Source: Ignavibacteria bacterium | GTDB taxonomy: Bacteria; Bacteroidota; Ignavibacteria; Kapaibacteriales; UBA2268 | Length of the DNA: 64,000 bases | Direction of reading: 5' to 3' | Assembly: GCA_026416955.1 (NCBI GenBank) | Contig: JAOAEE010000065.1 | Span: 14,471-78,470, forward strand | In this document: positions 30,449 to 41,900 of the stretch, in pieces | Layout: each line of letters starts with the position of its first letter | Position numbering within the stretch: the first letter of the stretch is position 1 | Position numbers and translations under genes: made by a program | Notes under the pieces: model-generated | The model's input: only the letters and a program-made list of their open reading frames with translations | Database searches by the model: none | What the model was told of the DNA's origin: nothing

Positions 30449-31069
30449 ATGAAAAACATTATTATTCAAATATTGCTACTTTTATTTTTAAATTCTTCAT
30501 ATGTATTGAATGATAACAATTTTATGGAATTAATAATTGACTCGGATTTAACATTCGAAGAAGCAATAAAAGGGTCAAAAGCCCCTAAAGAAATTATTGA
30601 TTCTCTTACATTGATTGATGTTTTCTACTATTCATTTGATAAAAAACTTCACAAAGGACAAATTGTTATTCACAAAGAACTGAAAGATGAAGTATTGGAA
30701 ATATTTGAAATGATTAAAATTTTGAAATTTCCCGTGGGGAAAGTTGTCCCGATTGTGAAATACAACTGGTCTGATGATAAATCTATGAAGGATAATAATA
30801 CTTCTTCTTTTAATTATAGGACAATTTCTGGAACGAACAGATTGTCGCTTCACGCTCGGGGTAGGGCAATCGACATTAATCCTTTTCTTAATCCAGTGGT
30901 TTATCCCGATGGTAAAGTAATTCCAGAAGGTTCAAGTTATAATCCAAAAAAATTGGGAACATTTTACGATACTCATCCAGTTGTTCTCGAATTTAAGAGG
31001 TTGGGATGGAGATGGGGCGGTGATTTTCAATCGTATAAGGATTATCATCACTTTGATAAAGAGAAATGA
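30449..31069 (+). CDS. M15-family peptidoglycan metallopeptidase (D-Ala-D-Ala carboxypeptidase/endopeptidase-like)
   Basis: FNYRTI, SLHARGRAIDINP (SxH...D zinc motif), GWRWGG...DYHHF. Confidence 0.9.
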   Translation: MKNIIIQILLLLFLNSSYVLNDNNFMELIIDSDLTFEEAIKGSKAPKEIIDSLTLIDVFYYSFDKKLHKGQIVIHKELKDEVLEIFEMIKILKFPVGKVVPIVKYNWSDDKSMKDNNTSSFNYRTISGTNRLSLHARGRAIDINPFLNPVVYPDGKVIPEGSSYNPKKLGTFYDTHPVVLEFKRLGWRWGGDFQSYKDYHHFDKEK

Positions 31070-34000
31070 ATAAACGATTTACAAAAGAGCAAATAGAGGC
31101 ACTAAACCTCGATATTCATATTGCTTTGAGTGCAAATGCTGGGTCGGGCAAAACCAGCGTTCTTGTCGAGCGTTACTTTAAAATATTAGAAAAAGCTTTG
31201 AATGAAAATACTGACACAACTCCAGACAATATAGTGGCTATTACATTTACAAAAAAAGCAGCTGCGGAAATGCTTTCCCGAATAATTTCGAAATTTACAA
31301 CTGCATATGATATTGAAAAGTTAAAGACTGACAAAAACAAAATAGATTTTCAATTTTTAGAAAAAATTAGAACATTTAGAAACAAATTAACTAATGCAAG
31401 AATTTCAACTATCCATAGTTTTTGTTTGCAAATAATTTCTAATTATCCAATTGAGGCAGGTATTCCTGTTAACTTTCGTGAAATAAGCGAATCTGAAAGG
31501 TTACAATTGATCGAGGATGCTTTTAATCGAACATTGATGAATTGGCTCGAGGATATTGAAAAGAAAAAGAAACTTACCCAAATATTTTCCATCACAAATG
31601 TAAAAGACTTGAAAGAATTAACTTATAAGACAATATCAAATATTGATTTATGGAATGATTTAAGCAAATTGTATTCCAAAGATTTTAATGAGTATCTTAA
31701 TATTCTTAAAAGCTTTGCAAGATCTTCATATCAAAGTTGTGTAAATGAACTTATCGGAAGGTTTCAATATGAATTGCTGGATTTTAGTTCTGTTAATCTG
31801 TCTCGCGAGGATATGTCTATTTTAAAAGAATTTTTTAGTAATTACGACAGACTTGCCAAAGATGATTATTCCCAGATTATTTTTAATTCTGACTTTTGGG
31901 AATTATTAGGGAATTTTATTAATGTCATTTACACTAAGAACTTTACCCCAAGGAAAAGACTTTTCAAAGATGACCAAGAAATTATTATTGAGTTAAAGTT
32001 AATATCGGAAACTTTTAAGCCAATATTACAATACCTAATGAAATTGGTTTCCTATTACAACTTAATTAAAGAATTGAAAAAGGAATTTCAAATCATCGAC
32101 ATAGAGCAAAGGTATTTCGAAACTTCCAAAAGTATTTTTGTGTTTATTAAAGAGGTGTTCGCAGAGTTCAATAAATTAAAATTCGACGAAGGTTTGATTG
32201 ACTTTTCTGATATGTTAATTAAAACTAAGGAATTATTGAAAAACTATCCAGAAATACTCAATGAAGTACGTAAAGACATACACTATTTGCTTGTCGATGA
32301 ATTTCAAGATACTGATAACGTTCAATTTGAAATTATTCAATTATTAGTTCCCCAAGATCTTTCGGATGAGGAACATATTCCAAATTTGTTTATTGTGGGT
32401 GATGAAAAACAAAGCATATATTCTTTCCGAAATGCTGATGTTAGGGTTTTTGGTTATGCGAAAGAGTATATTTCGGAATTAAATCAAATTGCGGGAAAAG
32501 ATGGTGGTATTTTGAAATTAACAACTACTTTTCGGTTGAAGCCCGAAATTGCTGGTTTTGTCGATAAAATTTTTTCATTATTAATGGATTATTCGGCGGG
32601 AAGCCCACATTCGGATTTTATTATAAAATATGAACCTTTTGTAATTCCTTTTGAAAAGTTTTCTTTTTCCTCTCAAGAATGTAATAATCAGATTACGCCA
32701 ATAACTTTTTTGTTCGAAGTGGTAAGCGAAAATGCCAAAAAAGAAAAAAAGAAAATTTTTGGTAAAAATAAAGACAAGGAAAATGAAAGTAAAAAAGAGG
32801 TTTCAGATTCTACAAAAAAATTAGTTGAAACTATCAACAATAGTAACGAGGAAGATGAAGAAGAATTTTCTACACTCCCGATATTAATTGCACAACATAT
32901 CAAACATATTGTCAATAATGAATCTGCGAAAATCTTTGATAAAGAATTAGGGTCTTATCGAACAATAAGATTCTCTGATATTGCAATAATTTCGAGAAAA
33001 ACCAATGACCTTGCGAAAATCTCATCTGTGCTTGGTGATTTTAAAATTCCTTTTCTCTTTTTTGGTAGCAAAAATTTCTTCTCTACAAGAGAAATACAAG
33101 ATGTTGTTGCCTTCTTAAAATTTCTTATTAATCCAAAAGATAATATTTCACTTTGCGCAATACTACGTTCAGTTTTTTTTGGTTTTACAGACGAAATGCT
33201 TGCAAACATTGCTTTGATTACTTCCGAAAAAGGGCTAAGTTTTTGGGAAAAACTTTTGATTTATTATGATTTCTTAAACTCAGAAAGTAATGTATCTATT
33301 AATATCAAAGAAAAAGATATTCAAATTGCAAGAGTAAACAAAGCAGTCGATGTTATTCGTAAACTTTTACCCCAAGTTTCAATTTTGCCAATCAATGAGT
33401 TAATACATAGAATTTTGGTAGAAACTGAATGGCACAAAAAAATTTGTGCATTTGAGAATTTCGAGCAAATATTGGCTAATATGGATGAACTTTTGGATTA
33501 TGCTCGTGAATACATCTCGCCCGGATTTCGTACTATTTTGGATTTCCTTGATGAGATTGATTATATTTCACGACACGGAGTTCAAGATGTCGATAGATAT
33601 GGATTCGTTGCGAGTGATGCTGTGATACTTCTTACTTTTCATTCTGCAAAAGGTTTGGAGTTCCCTGTTGTTTATGTTCATAATATTGATTATTCAACCA
33701 AGAGTACCGACCAAATTGAAGTTTCGAGGGAACTTGGTTTAATATTTCCAATAGATATTGTTGTAGAAGACGAAATTATGAGAATCGATACGATCCAAAA
33801 AATTTTTGCGACCGAACAATTAAAGTTGGAACAAAGGGCCGAAGAGTTAAGAATTTTGTATGTTGCATTAACTCGGGCATCCGACTTTTTGATAATTACT
33901 GGGAAAATAAAAGAATTAAAGGGAAATGACCAAAGCCAAAAAACAACTTACATTTTTAGTAAAAAATTGGAGGAAATTTTTAATGTGTTTGAAGTTCATT

Positions 34001-34983
34001 TGAACCACCTTAGACCCAACCATCGTGAAATTTGGGAAGCCAAAATCAAAGTTGGGACTAATAATATTTCGGGTGAATATGAGATTTTCACAGAGAATAT
34101 TTCTATACCAGTGGAATTTATATACGACATCTTTCCTAATCAATTTGAAGATAATGCAAGTAAAGTGGAACAAAAAAATCAAACAGACGGAAACCAAATA
34201 TTACTTCTCCAAAAGGTTGAATCTTCTATCTCTAGGAATGTACTTTCCTCGACGAAATTCAATTTATATTCAAGCAATCCCCGAAATTACATTAGGAGTT
34301 ACTTTTTGGGTTACCATCGTAATTTATTTGAAATAGTAAAATCGAGTTTGCAAGAGGATTATGAAGCAAGAGACGATGTAATTTTAAGTTCAATTTTGGG
34401 ACACACAATCCACTTTTGCCTTGAAAATATTAACAATTGGTATAATAAAGATGGAATTTTAGTTAATAATCTCGTTGAAACAATCGAAAATGCTATGTTC
34501 GAGCAAAAGAGAAGTTTAGACCGTTTGCTTCAAAATCAAATTATTGAACAATGTATAAATATTGTCCAAACTAAACTATTTACTAGAAACAAAGAGATTA
34601 TTCTTTCCTCTGAAAAGGAATTTGAAGTTCTTTTGCCTTTTAAAGATAATTTTCTTATTGCCAAGTTCGATATTTTGATTCAAAATGAAAAAGGTGATTA
34701 CGAAATTTGGGATTGGAAATCAAATAATGTGAAAAACAAAGAGGAAATGGAATTTGTTGCAAAAACCTATGAATTACAAATGAAAACCTATGTTTATGCA
34801 CTCTCTTTGCTAAAACCAGAACAATCAATATTCAATGCTAAATTATTATTTACAAGATTGGCAAAACCAAATTCAAGCGACGAAGAGTGGACTTTCGATT
34901 TCTTTTGGAGTAAAGATGAACTTCCTATGATAGAAAAGGAATTGTTAGATTATGGGTATAAGATAAATAATATAATATTGTAA
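31066..34983 (+). CDS. AddA-like UvrD-family helicase with C-terminal PD-(D/E)xK nuclease
   Basis: ANAGSGKT, TFTKKAAAEM, TIHSFC, VDEFQDT, VGDEKQSIYSFR, TFHSAKGLEF, YVALTRA; nuclease KFDIL...DWKS...QMKTY. Confidence 0.93.
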   Translation: MNKRFTKEQIEALNLDIHIALSANAGSGKTSVLVERYFKILEKALNENTDTTPDNIVAITFTKKAAAEMLSRIISKFTTAYDIEKLKTDKNKIDFQFLEKIRTFRNKLTNARISTIHSFCLQIISNYPIEAGIPVNFREISESERLQLIEDAFNRTLMNWLEDIEKKKKLTQIFSITNVKDLKELTYKTISNIDLWNDLSKLYSKDFNEYLNILKSFARSSYQSCVNELIGRFQYELLDFSSVNLSREDMSILKEFFSNYDRLAKDDYSQIIFNSDFWELLGNFINVIYTKNFTPRKRLFKDDQEIIIELKLISETFKPILQYLMKLVSYYNLIKELKKEFQIIDIEQRYFETSKSIFVFIKEVFAEFNKLKFDEGLIDFSDMLIKTKELLKNYPEILNEVRKDIHYLLVDEFQDTDNVQFEIIQLLVPQDLSDEEHIPNLFIVGDEKQSIYSFRNADVRVFGYAKEYISELNQIAGKDGGILKLTTTFRLKPEIAGFVDKIFSLLMDYSAGSPHSDFIIKYEPFVIPFEKFSFSSQECNNQITPITFLFEVVSENAKKEKKKIFGKNKDKENESKKEVSDSTKKLVETINNSNEEDEEEFSTLPILIAQHIKHIVNNESAKIFDKELGSYRTIRFSDIAIISRKTNDLAKISSVLGDFKIPFLFFGSKNFFSTREIQDVVAFLKFLINPKDNISLCAILRSVFFGFTDEMLANIALITSEKGLSFWEKLLIYYDFLNSESNVSINIKEKDIQIARVNKAVDVIRKLLPQVSILPINELIHRILVETEWHKKICAFENFEQILANMDELLDYAREYISPGFRTILDFLDEIDYISRHGVQDVDRYGFVASDAVILLTFHSAKGLEFPVVYVHNIDYSTKSTDQIEVSRELGLIFPIDIVVEDEIMRIDTIQKIFATEQLKLEQRAEELRILYVALTRASDFLIITGKIKELKGNDQSQKTTYIFSKKLEEIFNVFEVHLNHLRPNHREIWEAKIKVGTNNISGEYEIFTENISIPVEFIYDIFPNQFEDNASKVEQKNQTDGNQILLLQKVESSISRNVLSSTKFNLYSSNPRNYIRSYFLGYHRNLFEIVKSSLQEDYEARDDVILSSILGHTIHFCLENINNWYNKDGILVNNLVETIENAMFEQKRSLDRLLQNQIIEQCINIVQTKLFTRNKEIILSSEKEFEVLLPFKDNFLIAKFDILIQNEKGDYEIWDWKSNNVKNKEEMEFVAKTYELQMKTYVYALSLLKPEQSIFNAKLLFTRLAKPNSSDEEWTFDFFWSKDELPMIEKELLDYGYKINNIIL

Positions 34984-35005
34984 ATATTTCAAGGGATTAT
35001 GCTTA

Positions 35006-36670
35006 TCAAGGATTAGGTAGGAAATTAATGGTCTTGTTGAGAATATCCATCTCTTCTTTTATTTCAATGATTGTGACTTCGTTTCTATTTTTGTTTAACC
35101 AGTTTAAAACTAATCGAATTTCCTCTACTTCTTCTGGTTCAAATTCGTCATTGCTGGTAGAACCATTGAAGTATATCTCGTAAATCTTTTTCTTAATGGT
35201 ATCTTGATTAAAAGAGCCATTGATAACAGTATCCCATACAAGAAGTCCATTCTTAATGAAGAGTAACTCGTGATTTTGGGAACCGTTTATTGGATTTATT
35301 ACAATAAAATTTTTTTGGTTTAACTGTGAACATCCATTTTTGGGAAAATGGAGAATTTTTTTGATTTCAAGAATTTGGCTTTTGATTTGGTTTGCCAGTT
35401 CGAATTGAAGATTGTTGGAATATTCATACATTCTTGTTTCCAAAGTGCTTAATAGACCATCTTCGAAATTATTTAAAAATTTTTTCACACTTTCGATTTC
35501 TGAATAGTAAATGTCATCATTAAAATTTAAAAGGCAAGGAGCAAGACATTGCTTAGTTTGGAAGTAAAGGCAATTAGTTTCGGGACTTTTCCTATCCAAT
35601 TCTTTTTCGCATTTTTTTAACCTAAATTTTTTGTAAATAATCTCGAGAACTAATTCTGCAGTTTCGTAATTTTTAAAAGGTCCGAAACTATCTCCAACAG
35701 TAGGATTTGGGTCGTAAGTAATTTCGAACACTGGGTATTTCTTTATATGTGATATTTGAATAAAAGGAAAACTTCGAAGTCTTTTGCTTAAAATGTTAAA
35801 CTCTGGTTTATGTAATTTAATTTCCTTGTTCTCTTCTATTAACGCACGCAATTCAGTTGTTGTAGTTCTCCATTTTATTTTTTTCGTTGCCCGTAGTAGT
35901 CTGAGAATTTTTTTAGAAAAAGTAAAATTAAAGTAACTTTGAAGTCTTTTTCTCAATGACTTTGCTTTCCCAATGTAGAGTATTTTATCGTTCTTGTCGA
36001 TGAAATAATAAACTCCCGGAGTGTCGGGAATTTGGGCTTTTTCGATATTTTTCTCAAATAATAACTTTTGGGGTATATTGATTGAAGCAAAATTCTTATA
36101 TTGAAATTGAAGTAATTCCTCCAAATTTGTTATGTTATGTTCGTTTTCAGCAATTTCAAGAAGTTCTAAAAGAATCTGTGCTGTTGCTCTGGCATCACCA
36201 AAGGCTCTATGCCTATTTTTAATACTTATTCCTAAATACTCAGACAAAGAACCGACATTTTTCTTGTTTATTCCTGTTATTAGTCTTCTAGCGAGTTTTA
36301 GAGTACATAGCTTAGGCAAATCTGGAAATTTTTTGCCGATTCTTTCAAATGATTTTTTCACGAAATTGTAATCGAAATTTACATTATGGGCAACGAAAAC
36401 CGAGTTTTTTAATTCAAAAATTTGCTGAATTTTATCGATTATTTCTTCGAAACCGGGTGCTTGAAAAACCATTTCGTTTGTAATACCTGTCATCTGGGAA
36501 ATAAAGTTAGGAATGTGTTGACGAGGATTGACCAGAGAGACAAATTCTCCTTTTATGGTTCCATCGTTTACTATTACGCAAGCAATCTCGATAATTCGAC
36601 CATATTCCGGATTAGTACCCGTTGTTTCAACATCGACAACGATAAAATTTGTATCCCAGATTGATAGCAT
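35006..36670 (-). CDS. DEDDh 3'-5' exonuclease fused to a UvrC/Cho-like GIY-YIG endonuclease and UVR domain
   Basis: VDVETTG, AHNVNFD, HRAFGDA; PGVYYF...LYIGKAKSLRKRL; Cys cluster CLYFQTKQCLAPC; UVR-like LQFELA. Confidence 0.92.
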   Translation of the reverse strand: MLSIWDTNFIVVDVETTGTNPEYGRIIEIACVIVNDGTIKGEFVSLVNPRQHIPNFISQMTGITNEMVFQAPGFEEIIDKIQQIFELKNSVFVAHNVNFDYNFVKKSFERIGKKFPDLPKLCTLKLARRLITGINKKNVGSLSEYLGISIKNRHRAFGDARATAQILLELLEIAENEHNITNLEELLQFQYKNFASINIPQKLLFEKNIEKAQIPDTPGVYYFIDKNDKILYIGKAKSLRKRLQSYFNFTFSKKILRLLRATKKIKWRTTTTELRALIEENKEIKLHKPEFNILSKRLRSFPFIQISHIKKYPVFEITYDPNPTVGDSFGPFKNYETAELVLEIIYKKFRLKKCEKELDRKSPETNCLYFQTKQCLAPCLLNFNDDIYYSEIESVKKFLNNFEDGLLSTLETRMYEYSNNLQFELANQIKSQILEIKKILHFPKNGCSQLNQKNFIVINPINGSQNHELLFIKNGLLVWDTVINGSFNQDTIKKKIYEIYFNGSTSNDEFEPEEVEEIRLVLNWLNKNRNEVTIIEIKEEMDILNKTINFLPNP

Positions 36671-36827
36671 AATTTAAAAAAAACAAAATTACAAAATAAT
36701 CTGCTTTTTCTGTGTTCAGAAAAATATGTAACTTAAAATGGTTTATTTTTATTTATTAATTAATTTTTGAATTAATAATTGGATTGCAAAGTTGTTAAAA
36801 TCTTAATTTAATTCTATTTAACTTAAA

Positions 36828-37994
36828 TTAACTGAAAACATCCCTAACTTTAGAAAAAAAATCTTTTGTTCTTGAATTTTGGTTTTTGGGTTTAATATTT
36901 TCACTTTGCAAAAGTTCTTTCAAAATGGATTTTTCTTTTGATGAAATATTCGTAGGGACGTAAATGTTAACAACAACAATTTGGTCTCCTTTACCATACT
37001 GGTTAAGATGGGGAATACCTTTGCCCGAAAGTTTAATTTTTGTTCCCGGTTGGGTTCCTGGTTCTATCTTAATTGTTTCTTCTCCATACAAAGTTGGGAC
37101 ATTGACTTTTGTTCCAAGTACAGCTTCGGGAAAGCTAATTAAAAGATTGTAGTATACATCGTTACGTATCCTTTCAAAATATTCGTGTTTCTTCTCTTCA
37201 ATAACTATGATTAAATCCCCGGGTTCGCCACCTCGTTTCCCTGCATTTCCTTTTCCTTGTAGAGGAAGATAATTCCCATTTTCTACGCCAGCGGGAATTT
37301 TGACAACTACTGTTTCTTCGCCATTAATTCTGCCTTCGCCGTTGCAAGTATTGCATTTATCGGCTATTACTCTTCCACTTCCTGAACAAGATGGACAAGT
37401 TGAAATATTAATAAATTGGCCGAAAAAAGAACGTGAAACTTGCCGAATTTCTCCCGTCCCATTGCAATTCGAACAAATTTTGTAGCCTGTGCCGGTTTTT
37501 GCTCCACTACCTTTACAATCTGGACAGGATACGAATTTTTTTAGTTTTATTGTTTTTTCAACTCCAGTAGCAATTTCTTCTAATGTCAGTGGCAAACGAA
37601 TTTTAAGGTCGGAACCACGTTCGCCGATAGTAACATTTCGTGTTCTTCGTGTTCTTTGCCCGGTACCAAAAAAGTCGTCGAAAATACTGCTACCCAATCC
37701 ACTGAATATGTCGTTAAAAGCAGAGAAAATGTCGTCGATAGTCGTATATGTGTGGTAGTCGTATCCGCTTCGCAATCCCTCGTGTCCAAAGCGGTCGTAT
37801 CGCTCCCTTTTATCTGGGTCACTTAAAACTTCGTAAGCTTCAGTTGCTTCTTTAAATTTTTCTTCTGCTTCTTTGTTTCCGGGATTTCTATCGGGGTGGT
37901 ATTTCATTGCTAATTTTCTGTAAGCGGACTTTATCTCTTCAAGCGAAGCGTTTCTCGAAACTCCTAAAACCTCGTAATAATCTCTTTTTGCCAT
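36828..37994 (-). CDS. dnaJ: Chaperone DnaJ
   Basis: J-domain with HPD and four CxxCxGxG repeats. Confidence 0.98.
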   Translation of the reverse strand: MAKRDYYEVLGVSRNASLEEIKSAYRKLAMKYHPDRNPGNKEAEEKFKEATEAYEVLSDPDKRERYDRFGHEGLRSGYDYHTYTTIDDIFSAFNDIFSGLGSSIFDDFFGTGQRTRRTRNVTIGERGSDLKIRLPLTLEEIATGVEKTIKLKKFVSCPDCKGSGAKTGTGYKICSNCNGTGEIRQVSRSFFGQFINISTCPSCSGSGRVIADKCNTCNGEGRINGEETVVVKIPAGVENGNYLPLQGKGNAGKRGGEPGDLIIVIEEKKHEYFERIRNDVYYNLLISFPEAVLGTKVNVPTLYGEETIKIEPGTQPGTKIKLSGKGIPHLNQYGKGDQIVVVNIYVPTNISSKEKSILKELLQSENIKPKNQNSRTKDFFSKVRDVFS

Positions 37995-38005
37995 ATTTCC
38001 TCTGT

Positions 38006-38737
38006 TTAGTTAGACTTTTGTTTTTCTTCTCCGTCTCCGCCAACTTTTCCCAATGATGTAATAACTTTTGTGTGCCTTAGGACTTTGTCGAAATATTTGT
38101 AACCTTTTTGAAGTTCTTGAACTACATAACCTTCTGGGAGTTCCGAAGGCATTGTAAGAAGTGCCTCGTGGTATTCTACATCAAATGGCTTTCCAACAGG
38201 GTTTTCAATTTCAGAAACACCAGCTTGTTCGAAAAGTTTTTTGGTTTTATTCCAAATTAGTTCCAAACCAGTAACTAAAGCATTGAAATCTGAGTTCTGT
38301 TTAGCAGAAGTAACTGCATTTCCAAGATCATCTAAAATTGTAAGGAATTCAAAAAGTAACTTTTCATTTGCATATTTAATAATTTCTTCTTTTTCTTTTT
38401 GAGTTCTTTTACGGAAATTTTCGAACTCGGCCGCTTTCCGAAGCAACTGCTCGTGGAATTCGTTTTTTTCTTTTTCTATTTGGATTAATTTGTTTTGCAA
38501 ATCGTTAACTTCTTCTTTTAGTTTTTCGACTAAGGAATTATCAATTGCTTCTTCGGCAACGAAATTTGTTTCGGTTTTGTTGGGTTCATTATGCTCATCA
38601 ATAACCGACTTTTCTTTCTCTTCGGAAAAAGTAACTGGGGAAGATTTGCCCCCTTCGTGTTTAAGGTAGGTATTGTAAATATCTTTAGCCTTATTAGTTG
38701 GTTGCCTTAATGGTTTTTTTGGATTACCATCTTCCAT
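38006..38737 (-). CDS. grpE: Nucleotide exchange factor GrpE
   Basis: [21 protein letters not shown]...VLR; directly upstream of dnaJ. Confidence 0.95.
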   Translation of the reverse strand: MEDGNPKKPLRQPTNKAKDIYNTYLKHEGGKSSPVTFSEEKEKSVIDEHNEPNKTETNFVAEEAIDNSLVEKLKEEVNDLQNKLIQIEKEKNEFHEQLLRKAAEFENFRKRTQKEKEEIIKYANEKLLFEFLTILDDLGNAVTSAKQNSDFNALVTGLELIWNKTKKLFEQAGVSEIENPVGKPFDVEYHEALLTMPSELPEGYVVQELQKGYKYFDKVLRHTKVITSLGKVGGDGEEKQKSN

Positions 38738-38902
38738 ATTTTTTCCATCTATTCAATTAATTTTTAAACGAATTTGATTAGTTTTTGTTTTTAATAATAA
38801 TTATTTTCGAATTCAAACAAAGAAACTTTTAAAAAAATTCATAAAAAATTTACTTTTTTTGGCAAATTTGCATTTTATTTGGTTTCACAATTAGGTATTA
38901 CT

Positions 38903-41900
38903 ATGAAGCAATGCTTTAATTATTTAACCCTAATACTTTTTCTTTTTCCTTTTTTAGCATTTTCCCAAGGTATAACAACTTCATCAATCGTTGGTACAGT
39001 TAAAGATGTAGATGGCAAACCCCTTGCTGGAGCAACTGTTAAAGCAATTCATTTACCCTCTGGAACTATTACAGGGACTGTAGTTAATCCAAGAGGTAAC
39101 TTTTCAATACCCGGTTTGCGTCCCGGTGGACCATATAAAGTCGAAATAACAATGGTCGGTTTTCGGCCCGAAAGTAAAGAAGATATTTTTCTTACCGTGG
39201 GACAGGAATTTACTGTTCGATTTATTTTACAACCCCGTGATATACAAACCAGAGAAATTCAAGTAGTTAGCGACAGAAACGACATAATTAGTAGTAATAG
39301 AACTGGTGCCTCGCAGACTGTTACGGAAGTGGAAATTTCCACTTTACCTACTATTGCTCGTTCAATTCACGACTATTCAAGATTGTCTCCTTTGGTAATT
39401 TCTTCAACCAGTGAAGGTTCGAATGTTGCTTCCAGAAATAGCAAATACAACAATATTCAGGTTGATGGAGCTGCTTTAGGTGATGCTTTTGGTTTGCCAA
39501 CATCAGGAACACCAGGTGGTCAAGCTGGTACTGAACCAATTTCCCTCGATGCTATTGAGGAGTTTCAAGTTTCGATTGCTCCATTCGATGTTCGTCAAGG
39601 TATGTTTACTGGTGGCTTAATTAACGCTATTACTCGTTCTGGAACAAATAACCTTCGTGGAAGTATATATTTCTATGGTCGCAACCAAGAACTTGTCGGA
39701 AAGAGTCCTACTCCTGATGCTAATAATGTTAGACAACCATATCCAGATTTCAGTGATTACTTTATAGGGGGTAGAATTGGCGGTCCTATTATCGAAAACA
39801 AACTGTTTTATTTTGTCAATGTAGAAACGAAGAATAGAAAAGACCCTCAAAGAGTTGGTTTGGCTGGTGACCAAGGCTATACTTTCAATTTTAATATTTC
39901 TCGGGATACACTTGAAAAAATTCGACAAATTGCTATTAATAAATACGGTTACGACCCCGGTTCTTATGACCTTTACACAAGGAAAACAAATGATATTAAA
40001 CTTTTCCTCCGTGCTGATTTTAACATCGACCAAAATAATAGATTGACATTAAGGCATAACTTTGTTAAAGCCGACCAAGGGAATGCAGTAACCCGAAGCC
40101 AATTTGCTTTTTCTTTCTCTGGTCAAGAGTATATTTTTAATTCGATGCAGAACCAGACTGTTCTTCAATTAAACAGTATTATTGGCACAAATATGGCTAA
40201 TGAACTACGATTGGTTTATACTGCAATCCGAGATAAACGAGACCCAGTTTCTAAGCCTTTCCCTGCAATAAATCTTTATGATATTGGGCCCAAAGGTGAA
40301 GATGTATTTTTTGGGGTTGAACGGTTTTCGCAAGCAAACGCACTCGACCAGGATATCTTTGAACTGACTGATAATTTTACTTATTTCCTTGGCGACCACA
40401 CAATTACAATTGGAACAAGCAACCAACTTGTAGGCTTCAATAATTTATTCTTACAAGATTATTATGGAACTTATTCTTTCACTTCAATTGCGGATTTTGA
40501 AGCAGGGAAGCCTTCACAATACCAACTAAGTTACTCTTTGCTTCCAAATGAACCCAAACCAAGAGCAAAATGGAATTACCTTCAATTAGGTTTTTATGTG
40601 CAAGATGAGTGGAAGGTTCTACCAAATTTGAAACTTTCTTTGGGTTTGCGAGCAGATATGTTTGCTTTCCCAGAAAAACCACCCCAGAATGACTCATTAA
40701 CAAAAGTATTTCCAGATTTGAGAACAGACCAGATGCCTTCTCCAATTGGGTTTTCTCCACGTTTAGGATTTAACTTCGATGTTTTCAATGATAAAACTTT
40801 CCAAATTCGCGGGGGAATTGGTGTTTTTTCTGGTAAAACTCCCGGTGTTTGGATTTCTAACCAATTTTCAAATACTGGAACAGACATAGGTAGGATTGAT
40901 GTTCGAAATCCTAAAATTACATTTGAACCCGACCCATTTAAACAATATACAAAAATTGATTCGCTCACTCCTGTAAGAACCACCGAAATAAATATAACTG
41001 ATAAAAATTTGAAAATGCCACAAGTATTGCGCTTTAATCTTGCATTAGATAAAGAACTACCCTATGGATTTATTGGTACAATTGAATTTGTGTATGGAAA
41101 AACCTTGTATGATATGGTTTACAAAAATTTGAATCGTCAAATTCTTAAAGCTTCCAATGGAAAAGACTCCACTCTTCCAGATGGTAGACCACTTTATAGT
41201 CGCTTTGATGTAAGTCCTTTATTCACAAATGTGCTACTAATGACCAATACAAGTCAGGGTTATCAAACAAGTATAACTTTCCAAATCCAAAAACCATTTG
41301 GAAAAGGTTTCTTACCAGAAGTAAATCTAAATCTTGCTTATACTTGGAGTCGTGCTAAAGACGTAAATAGTCTAACTTCAAGTAGGGCAATTTCCAATTG
41401 GCAGTACAATAGAGCAATCGACCCAAACAACCCAGAACTAGGAACATCATTATTCGAAATTCCACATAGAATTTTGGCAAATTTTTCCTATAGAATCAGT
41501 TATGGTAAGGGTTTTGCGACCTCTTTTGGTATTTTCTATGAGGGAAGAAGTGGTGCACCATTTTCACTTGCATATTCAAACGATGCTAACGGGGATAGAA
41601 CCCCCGACCGACGAGCTACAAACGACCTTGTTTATATTCCTTTGGCGAGTAATGATAAAGTGATGGTCTTAAAAGGAGGGAACTGGAACGAACTTAACCA
41701 ATTTATTTCTTGGTTCCCAGAACTTGATAAGCAAAGAGGGAAGATTGTAGAGCGAAATTCTTTGCGACAACCTTGGTTCAATCAATTAGACCTCCGAATT
41801 ACACAAGAATTCCCCACTTTCAGAGGTCAATCTTTGCAACTTTATGTTGATGTTTTGAATTTATTAAACCTAATTAATTCGGATTGGGGTCACCTGAAAT

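Noticed and set aside
38738-38902. CIRCE/HrcA operator upstream of grpE-dnaJ
   Set aside because: No TTAGCACTC-N9-GAGTGCTAA is present; hrcA and dnaK are not in the window.
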